Shown here in pieces: positions 12,965 to 25,172 of a stretch of DNA of 43,570 bases (position 1 is its first letter; each line of letters begins with the position of its first letter). The notes beneath the pieces are model-generated. The model made no database searches. It was not told the DNA's origin and was given only the letters and a program-made list of their open reading frames with translations. The position numbers and the translations under genes were made by a program. The stretch comes from Psammoneis japonica. Its lineage: Eukaryota. The DNA lies in assembly GCA_008632985.1 (NCBI GenBank), contig QPGO01000162.1, forward strand, positions 124,001 to 167,570, written 5' to 3'.

Positions 12965-13169
12965 TGTCCGTTATTCACTCTTTGTTTACCTATGATCGCT
13001 TTGTTTTATCGTTTTTGTGAGTTAGATTACGTTGTTGTTGTTTGGTGCATGTGCGTGCGGTGATCGTTCGGGTTGGGTCATTTCGACCATGTTTCGCATC
13101 TCAGAGTTCGGATTTGCGGCGCCGATGTCACAAGATCACGACTCACAAACGCGAACAAAACCGCCACCT

Positions 13170-13608
13170 ATCCGAACCATCCAAACCCTATCCTCTCTCT
13201 CTACTCTAGAGCTAGAGAGTAAGTAGCTATGGATACCTGCTAGAGAGGGCCCTACTCTCTCTCTAGCTAGAGCTACTCTCTACTAGAGAATAGAGAAACT
13301 AGCTAGAGCCTACTCTAGAGAGTAGAGCAAGGATACTGTGTAGAGAGCTAGCCCTAGTAGAGAGGGCTACTAGAGAGCTCTAGCTTCAGCTCGAGATGTC
13401 TACTTTAGAAAACCATACAGTCACGTGGACGTTACTTATCCTTCCAGACATCCGAACCAAACCCTATCCTCTAGCGGTAGAGAGAGCTAGCTAGCTCTAT
13501 TTAGAGGGCTACCGATAGGGCCTAGATCTCTAGCTTCAGCTAGTAGAGATGCCTACTCTAGAGAGCACTACAGTACAGTCAATTGGACGACATCTATGCT
13601 TCAAGACA
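13170..13608. repeat. Two-unit degenerate tandem repeat saturated with CTAG/TAGAG/CTCTA motifs
   Basis: Units start at 13170 and 13450 (atccgaacc...aaaccctatcctct) and share ctctagcttcagct, tacagtca and similar ends. Confidence 0.8.
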
Positions 13609-13809
13609 GAACGTTCAAAGCTACCGGTACGAGAAAGGAAATTCTTACATTACACACTACAGCTCCGTGACAGTCCAATACAGTGATTGCATCGCGCCCG
13701 AAACACACTACGAAACCATCACAGAAACACAAGGAATTGCTTGTCAACAACTTTGATACCATTTCCAAGGTTCAAGTTGCCCTGTCTCCAATGTGGGCTG
13801 TCTCTCTCT

Positions 13810-15049
13810 TTAGTCAAAGAGTTTGTCGGCATCATCCTTCGTGGGCGCATCAAGGATACGGGGGTGAGCAACGAGAGCGGTTTCAATGTTGCCAAAGCGA
13901 TGCGTGTACTTTTTGTACCACTCCACCGTTGCCTTAAGTCCTTCCTCCCACGACATTTCTTCCTTCCACCCCAATTCATGCAACTTGGAAGAATTGATGG
14001 TGTAACGCAAGTCGTTAAACCGACGATCGGGTACGTACTCAATGAGTTCGTCCTCCCTGTCTTGCAATCCCATAATGTCAATGAGAGTCTTGGCAACCTT
14101 GATGTTGGCGATTTCATTTTCTCCACCAATATTGTACACGTGTCCGGGAGTGCCCTTGTGTAAAATTACGTCAAAGGCGCGAGCAACGTCCTCGACAAAC
14201 AAAAAGTTGCGGGTGTTTGACCCGTCGCCATGAATCGTCACGGGACGGTCGCGAAGGAGCTGGTTGGTAAACTTGGGAATGAGTTTTTCCGGAAACTGGT
14301 GTGGCCCGTAGACGTTATTTCCCCTGGTAATGAGACAGGGCAAGTTGAAGGATCGAAAGTATGACTTGACAAGAAACTCCGCTCCTGCTTTCGTGGCAGC
14401 ATATGGGTTGGTGGGCTCCAAAACGTGTTCTTCCGACATGGGATCCGTCTCAAAGTCTTCTCCCTCTCCGTAAACTTCATCCGTTGAGACGTGAATAAAG
14501 CGCTTAATGGTAGGGCAGCATTTTGCAGACTCGAGCAGGACGTGCGTACCGTAGATGTTATCACGGGTGAAGGCGAAGGAGTTACCAAACGAGTTGTCTA
14601 CGTGAGTCTGAGCGGCAAAGTGCATCACCGTGTCAATCTGTTCCTCCTTGAGCACATAAGATACCAGATCGGGAGAAGCAATGTCTCCTTGACGAACTTA
14701 AAGTTAGGCAGGTCTTAATGTCCTCCAGGTTTGCGAGACAGGAGCAATAAGCGAGTTTGTCGTAGACAACCACGTTGTACTGCGGGTATTTTTTGCAGAG
14801 GAGAATTGCAACATGGGAAGCAATGAAACCTAAGCGAGAGAGGAAAGAATTACAGTACAGTGAGCTCTTGCTGCTTTGTTTACCGCATCAAGAGAACCGG
14901 TAGACTACTTTGCAAAACAGAGACACCTGCTTTCAAGAGTTGAGCGAGAGGTGGGTTTCGGATCGTCACTTACCCGCTCCTCCTGTGAGGAAAATATTCT
15001 TGGGAACAAAGCCTTCGCTCTCACTAGTGGTTCCATTCGTATCCGCCAT
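13810..15049 (-). CDS. UDP/dTDP-glucose 4,6-dehydratase (RHM N-terminal-like; rhamnose pathway); intron 14973-14830; two apparent 1-bp frameshifts near 14690-14715
   Basis: TGGAGFIASH, HFAAQTHVDNSF, HVSTDEVYG, NPYAATKAGAE, TRGNNVYGPHQFPEKLIPKF. Confidence 0.92.
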
Positions 15050-15842
15050 GGTGGTGAGGGGCAACACAAAGACCGGCGCTGATCGTTTTCGTTTATTGCT
15101 TTTCAGAGTTACTTCTGATGCTCGCTTTCGATCCGTTCTGTCGACCGTTGAGAAATCAGTCATTGTCGGAGTGTTTACAAAATTGGTTTGTTTTATATAT
15201 ATCTAAAATAACCAATTATTTATAAACCCTTATGTGTTCATATAAAATAATATATACATAACGCCTCATTCTGGATACACATATTATGCGAAACATGCCG
15301 TTTCGACCGTTCCAAAAGTCAGGTGACGCTGCTGACAATGGTGGTCGATGTCTGCTTGCACCTTGCACCGTCGTTGTTACGAAGATAAACGCACATTCAG
15401 CCCTGCGAGAACGTATCATGACGTTGTGCAAGATGTTCCAGTGCATCAAATGCTTTAGGAAGGGTTGAGCAATGCACTTTTGTCCTAACTCAAGAGTCGC
15501 CATGTATGTATGTTACACGTTTTGCTTACGGCTTTGCATGAAAGAGTTTGCATGGACCGAAATGCACGATGGCGTAACCAGCGAATATTCGTCTGATTCT
15601 ATCATTATCAGCAAGATGAAGGGTATAGACTGCTGATTGGCAAAACAATCCGAAAGAACTGACGATCGGACCAACTCAACGTCCTTTCCCAACGCTGCCG
15701 GCACGTTCCTGAAAGAAATCGACAGCAGTGGTTGTAAATAATCAGCGTGAGGCTTTCTCACGCTCCGAGTGATCTCAGGATGGATGAAAAAAACTTTCTC
15801 GATCACACAAAACAGCATATTGAGAGCTTGAACACATCAAGT

Positions 15843-18800
15843 ATGCGTTTACCCTGCCTTGGATTAGCGGCCGGATTGCTTTCGGTGGGGCTACCCGGAG
15901 CGACGGGCGATGCCAACGGGGAGAGATTCCTAGAACAAGTGGTGAGTTACACATGGATGGAACGAGTTGCAGTATGGATTTTTTCTCTCCTTATCGTTTA
16001 GGTACGAACTAACTTGTGATTCCATCGTGATTGCTTTTGTTGCTCACAAGAACATCCCTTCATGCCGAATCGTCGTCGCGGCTTTTGAAACTGCGGGAAT
16101 CTTGGCACAGCAGAACGAAGACCAATACCTCTACCAATGTATTCTTGACGAGGAGAGCCCGGTTAGGTTCTGTTTTCCTAGGTTTACCTGAAGACTTCAC
16201 CACGGCCTGGCAAGAGGATCTTTTCGCTGGACATTCTTTTGTCTCGATTTCGAATGCCACGATGTTCCACCCTGGCGAAGCAGTGCATCCGCATGTTCTA
16301 ATTTCGGATGGAGCAACCATTACCTTTATTGAAGCTCCCGACCGTCGCCGCCTTGAGCCAAAGAAGGAAGGGACAAGCTCGGTTCTTGTCTTGAGGTTAC
16401 CGCCCCTGACTCAAACCCCACCTTGACCAAGGACGAACTGAGCGCCCGAGTCTTTGGAATTGGGGCAGGTGCTCCTTCCGTCAATCTCAAGAGTCAGATG
16501 GATTCCTGCTCGTTTGGAAAATTGACATTGGAACCCGCGTCCGACAATGCCCTGTCGGGGATTACCAATGGCGTCGCCGATGTCGTGATTGGTTCCAATG
16601 TTACAGGCGCTTCTCCGTTGGATCTGGACGATATTGTCACAGCTGTAGCGGACGCTCAGTTTGGTACTCTTGAAGACAACTTTGACCATGTCATGTACTG
16701 CCTCCCACCTGGATCTGTTCTTGGTGGATCCACGGACTGGACGGCTTATGGATTTGTCAACTACTATCGGAGTGTCTTCAACGATGAGCAGTGTGGCTAC
16801 GTCAGTACCCAGATGCGCCAGATTGGCCACAACATTGGTCTGAGGAACTCCAATCAGGGTGCCACAACTTTTGGAGACAACACTGGATACATGGGATCGA
16901 CCTTTGCGCAGTGGGTGGACCGTCCATGTGTTACAATGGCCACAAGAATTGGCTCCTTGGTTGGTATGACGACAAGGAGCTCGATTTGGATTTGCAGAAC
17001 GATGCGTGGGGCGGAAAATTGGCAGCATTTGTTGACTACAATGAAACAGGAATAGACGGATATTCTGCTATAAAGGTGGGGGACCTCTACCTGCAGTACA
17101 ACAGGGCCAAGGACTTCAACGCTGGGACTCAAGAATTTGCAGACCGAGTAACCGTTACGCAGGCGCCTGACGACACTCGGTATCCGACTTATTGGCAGGG
17201 ATCGCTGCTAGTATGCCGGGCGTCCCTTTCAGTTTTGAGACGCAAGATTCCACCTCCAATTTCACCATTGAAGTATGTGACCACGTGAGCGGCAGCCCCG
17301 ACTACTCCTTGGTGAGCATTTATAGGCGGGCCAGCAATCCACTTGTCCATCACAGGCGCCGTCGTTCATGCCATCGACGACTCCGTCAGATGTACCAAGC
17401 GACGTTCCTTCTACCCACCCCAGTGGTATACCCTCCGATATACCTTCTTTGAGACCTAGCAAGGTGCCATCACTTTCGCCTTCTCTTGCTCCAAGCATGG
17501 GCCGACAGAACACCCAGCGACATTCCTTCTGGAGCACCTTCCACGATGCCATCTTCAGCTCCTTCAGACCAACCAAGCGAAGAACCATCGAGATCTCCAA
17601 GTGATGTACCTTCGGCGTTTCCCTCGACACTGCCATCCGCATCGCCCAGCATCGCGCCAAGTGCCATCCCAACCTCGACTCCAAGCGCCGTCCCGAGTGA
17701 TGTTCCGTCCGTGTCACCGAGTGGAGTGCCAACCACCGAACCGTCGGCAGCGCCTTCGGAGTCACCGAGTGAGACACCATCGGCGAATCCATCGACGCTG
17801 CCATCGGCATCACCCAGCAATGTGCCTAGTTCCTTCCCGAGTGATGTTCCGTCAGGGTCACCGAGTGGAGTGCCAACCACCGCACCGTCAGTAGTGCCTT
17901 CGGAGTCGCCGAGTAAGTATCCATCGGCTATTCCCTCAACGCTGCCATCGTCATCACCCAGCATCGTGCCTAGTGCCATCCCGAGTGATGTTCCGTCAAA
18001 ATCACCGAGTGGCGTGCCAACCACCGCACCGTCTGCAGCGCCTTCGGAGTCACCGAGTAAGAATCCATCAGCTGTTCCTAGTGCCGTCCCGATGATGCTC
18101 CGTCGGGGTCACCGAGTCGAGTGCCAACCACCACACCGTCAGCAGCGCCTTCGGAGTTACCGAGTGAGAACCCATCGGCTATTCCATCGACGCTGCCATC
18201 GGCATCACCCAGCAATGTGCCTAGCGCCGTCCCGAGTGATGTTCCATCGGGGTCACCGAGTTGCGTGCCAAGCACCGCGCCGTCGGCAGCGCCTTCGGAG
18301 TCACCGAGTAAGAATCCATCGGCTATTCCCTCAACGCTGCCATCGGCATCACCCAGCATCATGCCTAGTGCCGTCCCGAGTGATATTCCGTCAGGATCAC
18401 CAAGTGGAGTGCCAACCGCCGCACCGTCAGTAGCGCCTTCGGAGTGGCCGAGTGAGAATCCATCAGCTATTCCCTCAACGCTGCCATCTGCCTCACCCAG
18501 CAATGCCCCTAGTGCTGTCCCGAGTGATGTTCCGTCAGGATCACCGAGTGAAATCCCAACTACACAGCCGTCGTCAGCTCCTTCCAGCATGCCGAGTGAT
18601 CAGCCAACTACTTTCCCGAGTGATGTGCCCTCGGCCTTCCCTCGGCACTGCCTTCTGCGGAACCCAGCCATGTGCCTAGCAGCCGCCCATCCTCAGCTCC
18701 TTCGTTGTCACCCTCCGTGAATCCAAGTAACGTGCCAACGAATCATCCCAGTCTTTTTCCTTCCGAGACGCCGAGCTTTGTTCCGAGTGACATACCGTCG

Positions 18801-20507
18801 AGCACCCCAACGAAGACGCCATCAGTCGTTCCTTCCACATCGCCGAGTGCAAATCCATCCCTGTTTCCGTCCAACTTCCCATCGATGTTCCCTTCATTGT
18901 CACCGTCGCATCCTACAGTTTATGTCGATCCGTGCGATGACTCTACCAACGGAACGTTTTTTGTTGACGATCAACGTGGGCACCGCGGATGCATCTGGCT
19001 TAACAAGAAGCCTGAGTGGCAAGCCTCCCTCTGCAACCCAGGCCACGATGCATATGATGTTTGTGCTGAAACTTGCGGCAAGTGTAGCGACTCTTGTCAC
19101 GACACCGATGGTGAGGAGTTTTGGGTAAACAACGTTCAACGGTATAAGAATTGTTCGTGGTTGGCGGTTTCGCCCGGTTTTCAGATCGAACTCTGTCACA
19201 GCGAACACGAGGCGTACGAACTTTGTCGCGAGACATGCAACAACTGTCTTCCACCGGTGCCTACTTCTGAGCCTTCTGACACGCCCTCGTTCCCTCCTTC
19301 CGCTTCACCTTCGAAGTTTCCTAGTCAGTCTCCATCATTCTCACCAACGCAAGCTCCTTTCTACGTCGACCCTTGTGACGATTCGGTGAATGGTACATTC
19401 TTCGTGGATGAACAAAGGGGGCATCGGGGATGTGTATGGCTGAACAAAAAACCTGAATGGCAATCAAGTCTTTGTATTCCTGGTCATGACGCTTATGATG
19501 TTTGTGCTGAAACTTGCGGCAAGTGTACAGATTCTTGTCATGATATAGTTGATCAGGAGTTTTGGGTAAACAATGTGCAACGTTATCAGAACTGTTCATG
19601 GTTGGCGGTTTCGCCCGGTTTTCAGCTCGAGCTGTGTCACGATGAGCACGACGCGTACGAAATTTGCCGCGAGACTTGTAACAATTGCCTTCCACCCGAG
19701 TTTTTATTTCCCTCTTTGCCTCCATCCGGATTGCCGACTGGGGCGCCTTCAGTTGCTCCTGAATATGTTGATCCATGTGATGACTCATTTGAAGAAACAT
19801 TTTTCGTCGACGAAGACCGGGGCGAGCGGGGTTGCATTTGGCTCACCAAGAAACCGGAGTGGCAAGCTGTTCTTTGTGTTCCTGAGCATGATGCTTATAG
19901 TGTTTGCGCCGAGACCTGTGGGAAGTGTACCGACTCATGCCATGATACCGAAGACCAGGATTTCTGGGTGAATAACGTACAGCGGTACAAGAATTGTTCG
20001 TGGTTGGCTGTGAGTCCAGGCTGGCTGGTTGAACTTTGCTATGAGGGCCACGAGGCGTACGAGCTTTGCCGAGAGACTTGCGACAACTGCCTTGCACCAC
20101 ATTTGACCCCATCGACACCTCCAACTGTTGCTCCCACAGTCACACCTACGACGATTCCGGATGATCAGGAACAGCTTATTGACAGCTGCGATGATTCCTA
20201 CGATCAAACGTTTTTTGTTGATGCCGAACGCGGCTACCGCGACTGCACATGGCTTGCAAAGAAGCCGCTGTGGCAACCGCTGATGTGTGATCCTTCCCAC
20301 GCTGCCTACCACATTTGTGAGGAAACGTGCGGCAAATGTACCGACAATTGTGACGACGAGGTAGATGTGGATTTCTATGTCAACGATGTACGTCTTTACA
20401 AGACATGTGCATGGCTTGCTGTCCGTCCTGCTTGGCGTGCTCAACTTTGTCACGAAGGACACGAAGCCTATGAATTGTGCCGAGATACTTGCAACAGTTG
20501 TGATTAA
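15843..20507 (+). CDS. Large secreted protein: M11 (gametolysin)-like peptidase domain with degenerate Zn motif, Pro/Ser stalk and C-terminal Cys-rich repeats; several apparent frameshifts
   Basis: Signal peptide MRLPCLGLAAGLL...; QMDSCSFGKL, DHVMYCLPPG, WTAYG, QMRQIGHNIGL, GDNTGYMG, MCYNGHKNWLLGWY; PSxx repeats; CxxTCxxC-ending modules. 5' exon structure uncertain. Confidence 0.75.
17350..18915 (+). repeat. Coding PSxx tetrapeptide repeats with a 144-bp (48-aa) higher-order unit
   Basis: ccatcggc.a.tcc recurs at 17777 and 17921. Unit approximates PSAIPSTLPSASPSNVPSAVPSDVPSGSPSGVPTTAPSAAPSESPSKN. Confidence 0.9.
18920..20504 (+). repeat. Four coding Cys-rich repeat units (8 ShK-like modules)
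   Basis: DPCDDS..TFFVD..GCxWL.KKPEWQ..CAETCGKC followed by FWVNNVQRY.NCSWLAV..CRETCNNC, repeated four times. Confidence 0.85.
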
Positions 20508-20542
20508 GGACATATTGAATATGTTTTAACTGTAAGCCACAA

Positions 20543-20899
20543 TGTGGGATTCTACCTAGGATACAGGTCCTATCTGTAGAATGTACTGCTGACAATCAGT
20601 ACAAGGTACTAAAAGCCAGTAAAATAGCAATGAGTTGTCTTACTAACTCGTGCTTAGTTGAAATTATGAGCTAAAACTAATCTAAAAGTGAATCTCTCGT
20701 TTTGTGATCCGAAAGATCTTGGATAATGCCACGTCAGAAAATAGACATTCTTCGAATGTCACTCACGTAGAATATGTACTAAGAGTCACGGCGTAAGTTC
20801 GTCACTTGAATTGTCCTTTCCGATGTCCAACTCAGCCGTATGGAAATGCTAAGAAGATTGGACGTCCTGAGATGTCCACAGTCATACTAAATTGTCACA
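20543..20899 (-). repeat. Copia 1 3' LTR (TpA-retaining copy)
   Basis: TG...CA ends; lies 35 bp beyond the host stop codon ending at 20507; aligns ungapped with 26685-27041. Confidence 0.97.
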
Positions 20900-20942
20900 C
20901 TCCTTTTGAAAGTGTCGGGTGAAGCTGTGACTTGATCTAAAA

Positions 20943-23900
20943 TCACCACTTGAGCAGCTTCTTTCGAAGGCGAGCAAATGTGTTTTGAGGCACTGGCTTG
21001 GTCTCCATGTCTGCAATTTGTTCAGTGGTGTCAATGGGTGGAATGGAAATGATTCCCTTCCTAACATGTTCCTTGAAATGATGCAGCGCTGGGTTGAAAT
21101 GCTTGGTTCTTGGTCTCATCTTGGGCAGTCTTGCAATTTCCAACGTGCCTGAATTGTCCTCGAATGCCTTGCAATGAACCAAAGGAGTCTTGGATGGCAC
21201 CTTGTGTCCATGCTCTTGAAATTCCTTGATCAAATTGATGACAGGAATGGCGCTTCGGAGGCTCTCGGATGAAGCGACACACTCGGCTTCTGTCGCACTT
21301 AGCGCGATTTGTGTCTGAAGCTTGGATGTCCAAACGACAGGGCAGTCTGCGCAGGCAACAACGTGCCCTGTCCTGGACTTTGAAGTGCTAACGTCATGAG
21401 GGGCAGTCATTTTGTTCCAATTGCCTGCGAAGTTGGCATCGGCACGAACTTCCAATGACTTGTCTTCCGTTGGGTCCAGAATGATGCCTTCATGTCTGGT
21501 TGCTCACAAGCACTTGCAGAGCCATGGCACTGCCTCACCGTGTGATCATTTGGGGTCACTTGAAAATCGCGTGACTTGATGCACAGTGTGCGCGATGTCG
21601 GGTCGAGTGCTCTTCTCCAGAAAATTCAATTTGCCGATGATGCTGCGACAGTCGAAGGATCCGTCAAAAGATTCTTGGTTCTCATGTCGATGCAGCATCT
21701 TTGAAGACGCTGCTGGAGTCTGCTTGTCTGGCACACGACGAGGTGAGTTCACCATTTTGAGCATTTGCTTGATCATTTGTGGTTGCATCAGCTTCATTCT
21801 GCCATCAGGCAGTGTCTCGATGTTGACACCGAGGCAGTCGTCAATGTTTCCTTGATCATCGATGTCGAAGATCGCGTTGCGGATGTCTTCAATTGCCTTG
21901 TCAACAGCATCCTTGTCTGGTGATGCAAGTGTGCCATCGTCAACGCAGTGCACCAAAACAACATTTCCTCGACAACAAAGGCATTCATCGACTTTTGATT
22001 GTTTGAATCCGATTTTCAACAATCCTTCTCGCAAGTGCTCACCCCACACTCTCCCTGCTTGTTTCTGTCCACACAGGTTCTTGAGTGATTTCAACACATG
22101 GGTTCTGCCATTGCCGCACTTGGTTTCGACGCCTTGTGGCAGCTCCATGCACATGTCAAATTCGATGTCGGCGTGAGGACAGGCAAGAACGAAGTCGACT
22201 TGGCGAGTGTGCCATCAATTAAAAACGGACAGCATGAGTGGGAACCGCACAGTGTTCCAATTGACAACTGCTGCATGAGTCTGAAAATGATTGACTGCAT
22301 GCTCTTGTTTTCCACCGTGCACATTGAGCCTTGACTTGCACTCACACACTTTTCTTGTCTTGATGTCTCTTTTTCTCTTCACAGACCACACCGCTGGGAG
22401 CATGTTGACTCCCTCTGGAACTTCTTCGACAGGAATCAGTTTCCAGTTTTTTTGTTCAATGTGATCATTGACTTCCTTGATGCAAGCCTTGATGAACTCG
22501 TCTCGGTCTGGTTCATTCATGGCTTGATCAAAATGCATGGCATCTGGGTCCGTCCTGGCTAAGAATGCGAAAGGTGAGTCCATGTTGTCTTGCATCTTGT
22601 AGTCGCCCTTGTGCATTGCATCGCAGCACTCGCAATGGGTCGACAGATATGATGCGATGCCGGCAGTTCGTTGTTGTTGACTTTCTGCCTTTCATTGCGT
22701 TGGTTTGCGTGCTCTGCCAGCCCTGCCAACACTTGGTTGTTCTGGCACCGTCTCTTGAGAGTCTTCAGGTGTCGTGTCTTCTGCTGATTTGGGCGTCTCG
22801 TCTTCAGCAATGGGGAAATGCTCGTCTTCGAGTTGTTGCGGAACATTGGGTTCCGGTGTCGAAGTGTTCTGTGCTGGCGCAGCAGAGCGAGGCTCCCTTG
22901 CTTCCCTTTGTGGCTTGAAGACATTGAATCTTGATGCTCTTTGCTTCTTGAGTCCTGATGCGGTTTGCCATTGCGAGAACGCAGGTGCATTTCCTGCTGA
23001 AGGGCGCACCGTCTCGAAGAAGTCATCAAATTGAACATGAAATTGCAGAGAGGCAAGTCCAGTCTCGAGGTTGAGCACTAAATTGACTGATCCAGCGTGT
23101 CTCGGAGATGGTCCCAAGTTGATTCCTAACCTTGCTCTTGATTGCCACTTGGGTGCTCTCTGTCCACTCTGCAGTCGGTTGTCAAGCGCATGGACGGGGC
23201 ATCCGAAAGTGTGGTGTTGTTTGAGATTTGGAGCAACCTTGACGGAGGCGAATCGTTCGATTGGAGAGCTGCCATCTTCGTGGTTGGGCATGTTGTTCTT
23301 GAGCTCATTTGAATTGCGCAGCGCACTTGGCCAGAGATTGATCTCAACAGCCGTTGGCCATCTTGCTTTCGCATGCAGCAGCTGTTTGCAAGTCTGTTCT
23401 TGCAGGTCTCGGATTCGCTTTTCAGCAACACCATTTTGGAAGTGGGCGTTGACGCCGCAGCATGATGTGGTTTGTCCTTGTTTCTCAACGTCTTGTGTGA
23501 AAGCGTTGTCAGCAAATCGTCCGTTGTCGGCATGGCAGTGTTTGATTTGGACATGATGTCGTCTCGCAAAGGCTTCGAAAGCGTGCTTGGCTTTCAGGGT
23601 TTCCTCGGAGGCAAGTGATCATTGCAGGAACACATGTCCAAGTTTGGAGTGGTGATCGACAAATGCTGTTGCTGCTCTGCATTGCTGTTTTGCAGGTCTC
23701 CCTTTGAGTTGAGGGACAAAGCCTGGGGTTGAGCTTTCAAGCTGATCTGCTGATGTGACCTCTCCTGGCTTTGCAGCGACATGTGTGTTTGACTTGCATC
23801 TGGATTTGGCACGCCAAGGGCGTTTGGTCATGGCGCCACAGAGGCAGCTGGCACATTTGGGTTCCTTGACCTTCAGGAGGCATCGCGGAAGGACACCCAA

Positions 23901-25136
23901 CACAGCCAGGAGCTCAATCATTTTGAATGATTGGTGTCGGAGGCGACAGTGCCAACGCAACAATTCACCTTGGTCGTTGGTGGCCACCAGGGCATCATCG
24001 TCAGGGATGACGTTGATGGGATCTTTGAGTTGAGAGCGGACGTCTGGGGTCGCTAGATCCTTGAGGTTCTCATCAGGTGAGTCGGATCTGTGTGCAGCAT
24101 CTGTCAGTTTGAACAACAGTGGCACGTCCTCATCAACGTTGTTGCATGCGCCTTGGGTCTTGTCAGGACCTGTCTCGTCAGGACTTGTGAAGGCGTCTTT
24201 GTGATTCGCAGCATCCGCGGACTCAGGGTCACTGTCGTCGTCTGGAGGCATCACGTGCGTTTGACAGGCTACGTGCTCGACAGTCTCGACATTGTTGTCA
24301 GCATTGACTGCGGCGGCGAATGCCCAATGATCGGCAGCACCGGGTGCGGAACGGAAGCGTGCAACGTTGGAGTTGTTGGTCCAAGGGACCAGCCTCGTGT
24401 GCTTCCTTTGATCCCACATGAGTGGGAGGCCGTCGTCTCGGTTCCAGGAAGTCGTTCCGTGTGGTTCAGGACAATGATCCTGAGCTTGCTGGCTCCATTG
24501 CTGAGGGCAGAGGAGGCAAATGGGCAAGTTGGGAACATGCAGTGCGTCGTGTATGGTGATCGTATGCACCTGTCCGTCGTCGTCTTCGATGCACCACTTG
24601 AGTGTGCCCTCTCCTTCTGCGTCTAACCATCCGCCTGCTCCCTTGATCTGCTTGTTTGCAGGACGTAGGTCACCAACAAAGTGTGATCCATCGTTCGACA
24701 TTGTGCAGGTTGCGTGGTTGTTGATGCCGACAATGAAGGAGTCGTAGTCGCAGGACACTGGCTCCGTTCTTGGCTCTCTTTTGAATGGTGTCGTGGTGGT
24801 CGAGGTGTTGGCGTAGACCGTTTCGCGAAAGGTGATCTCGCATTGAGCTGTCTTGCACGCAATTCGAGTGGGATGGCCCTTCTTCTTGTGAGTGATGTAT
24901 CGCGGTGAGTGTCGACTCTTGTTTCGTCGTGGTTTGCGTGTGCCAGTCATGCTGTCAGCTGGGATTTGCGAAATGATCCACTCACCCAACGTCATTGCTG
25001 ACTTAGACACGCGTTTCCACTTCTTCTCTGGCAGGTTGAGCGTCGTAAACACTGTGAGCACCAACAGTGGAGCCATGGCATCTACGAAGCTTGTGGTGAC
25101 CAGGGCAATTGCAAACGCGACAAGCACCGCCTTCAT
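20943..25136 (-). pseudogene. Copia 1 pol (PR-IN-RT-RNase H), broken by stops
   Basis: ORF pieces 23619-25136, 22692-23291, 22215-22616, 21546-22154 and 20943-21455 carry Copia motifs with Tyr replaced by Cys/His. Confidence 0.93.
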
Positions 25137-25172
25137 GCAGAATGCCCATGTCCGGAGCGCCTTCCGGACTGG

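Noticed and set aside
17262..18590. Minus-strand Gly/Asp-rich ORFs (DGTSLG repeats)
   Set aside because: They are antisense shadows of the plus-strand PSxx repeats.
17600..18600. CRISPR-like array
   Set aside because: In-frame coding tandem repeats without unique spacers, in a eukaryotic context with no cas genes.
20543..20899. Classical RIP (CpA/TpG->TpA) acting on the 3' LTR instead
   Set aside because: Invariant Tyr codons in the element interior became Cys/His, and TEs are TpA-poor relative to genes, so TA is the ancestral state.
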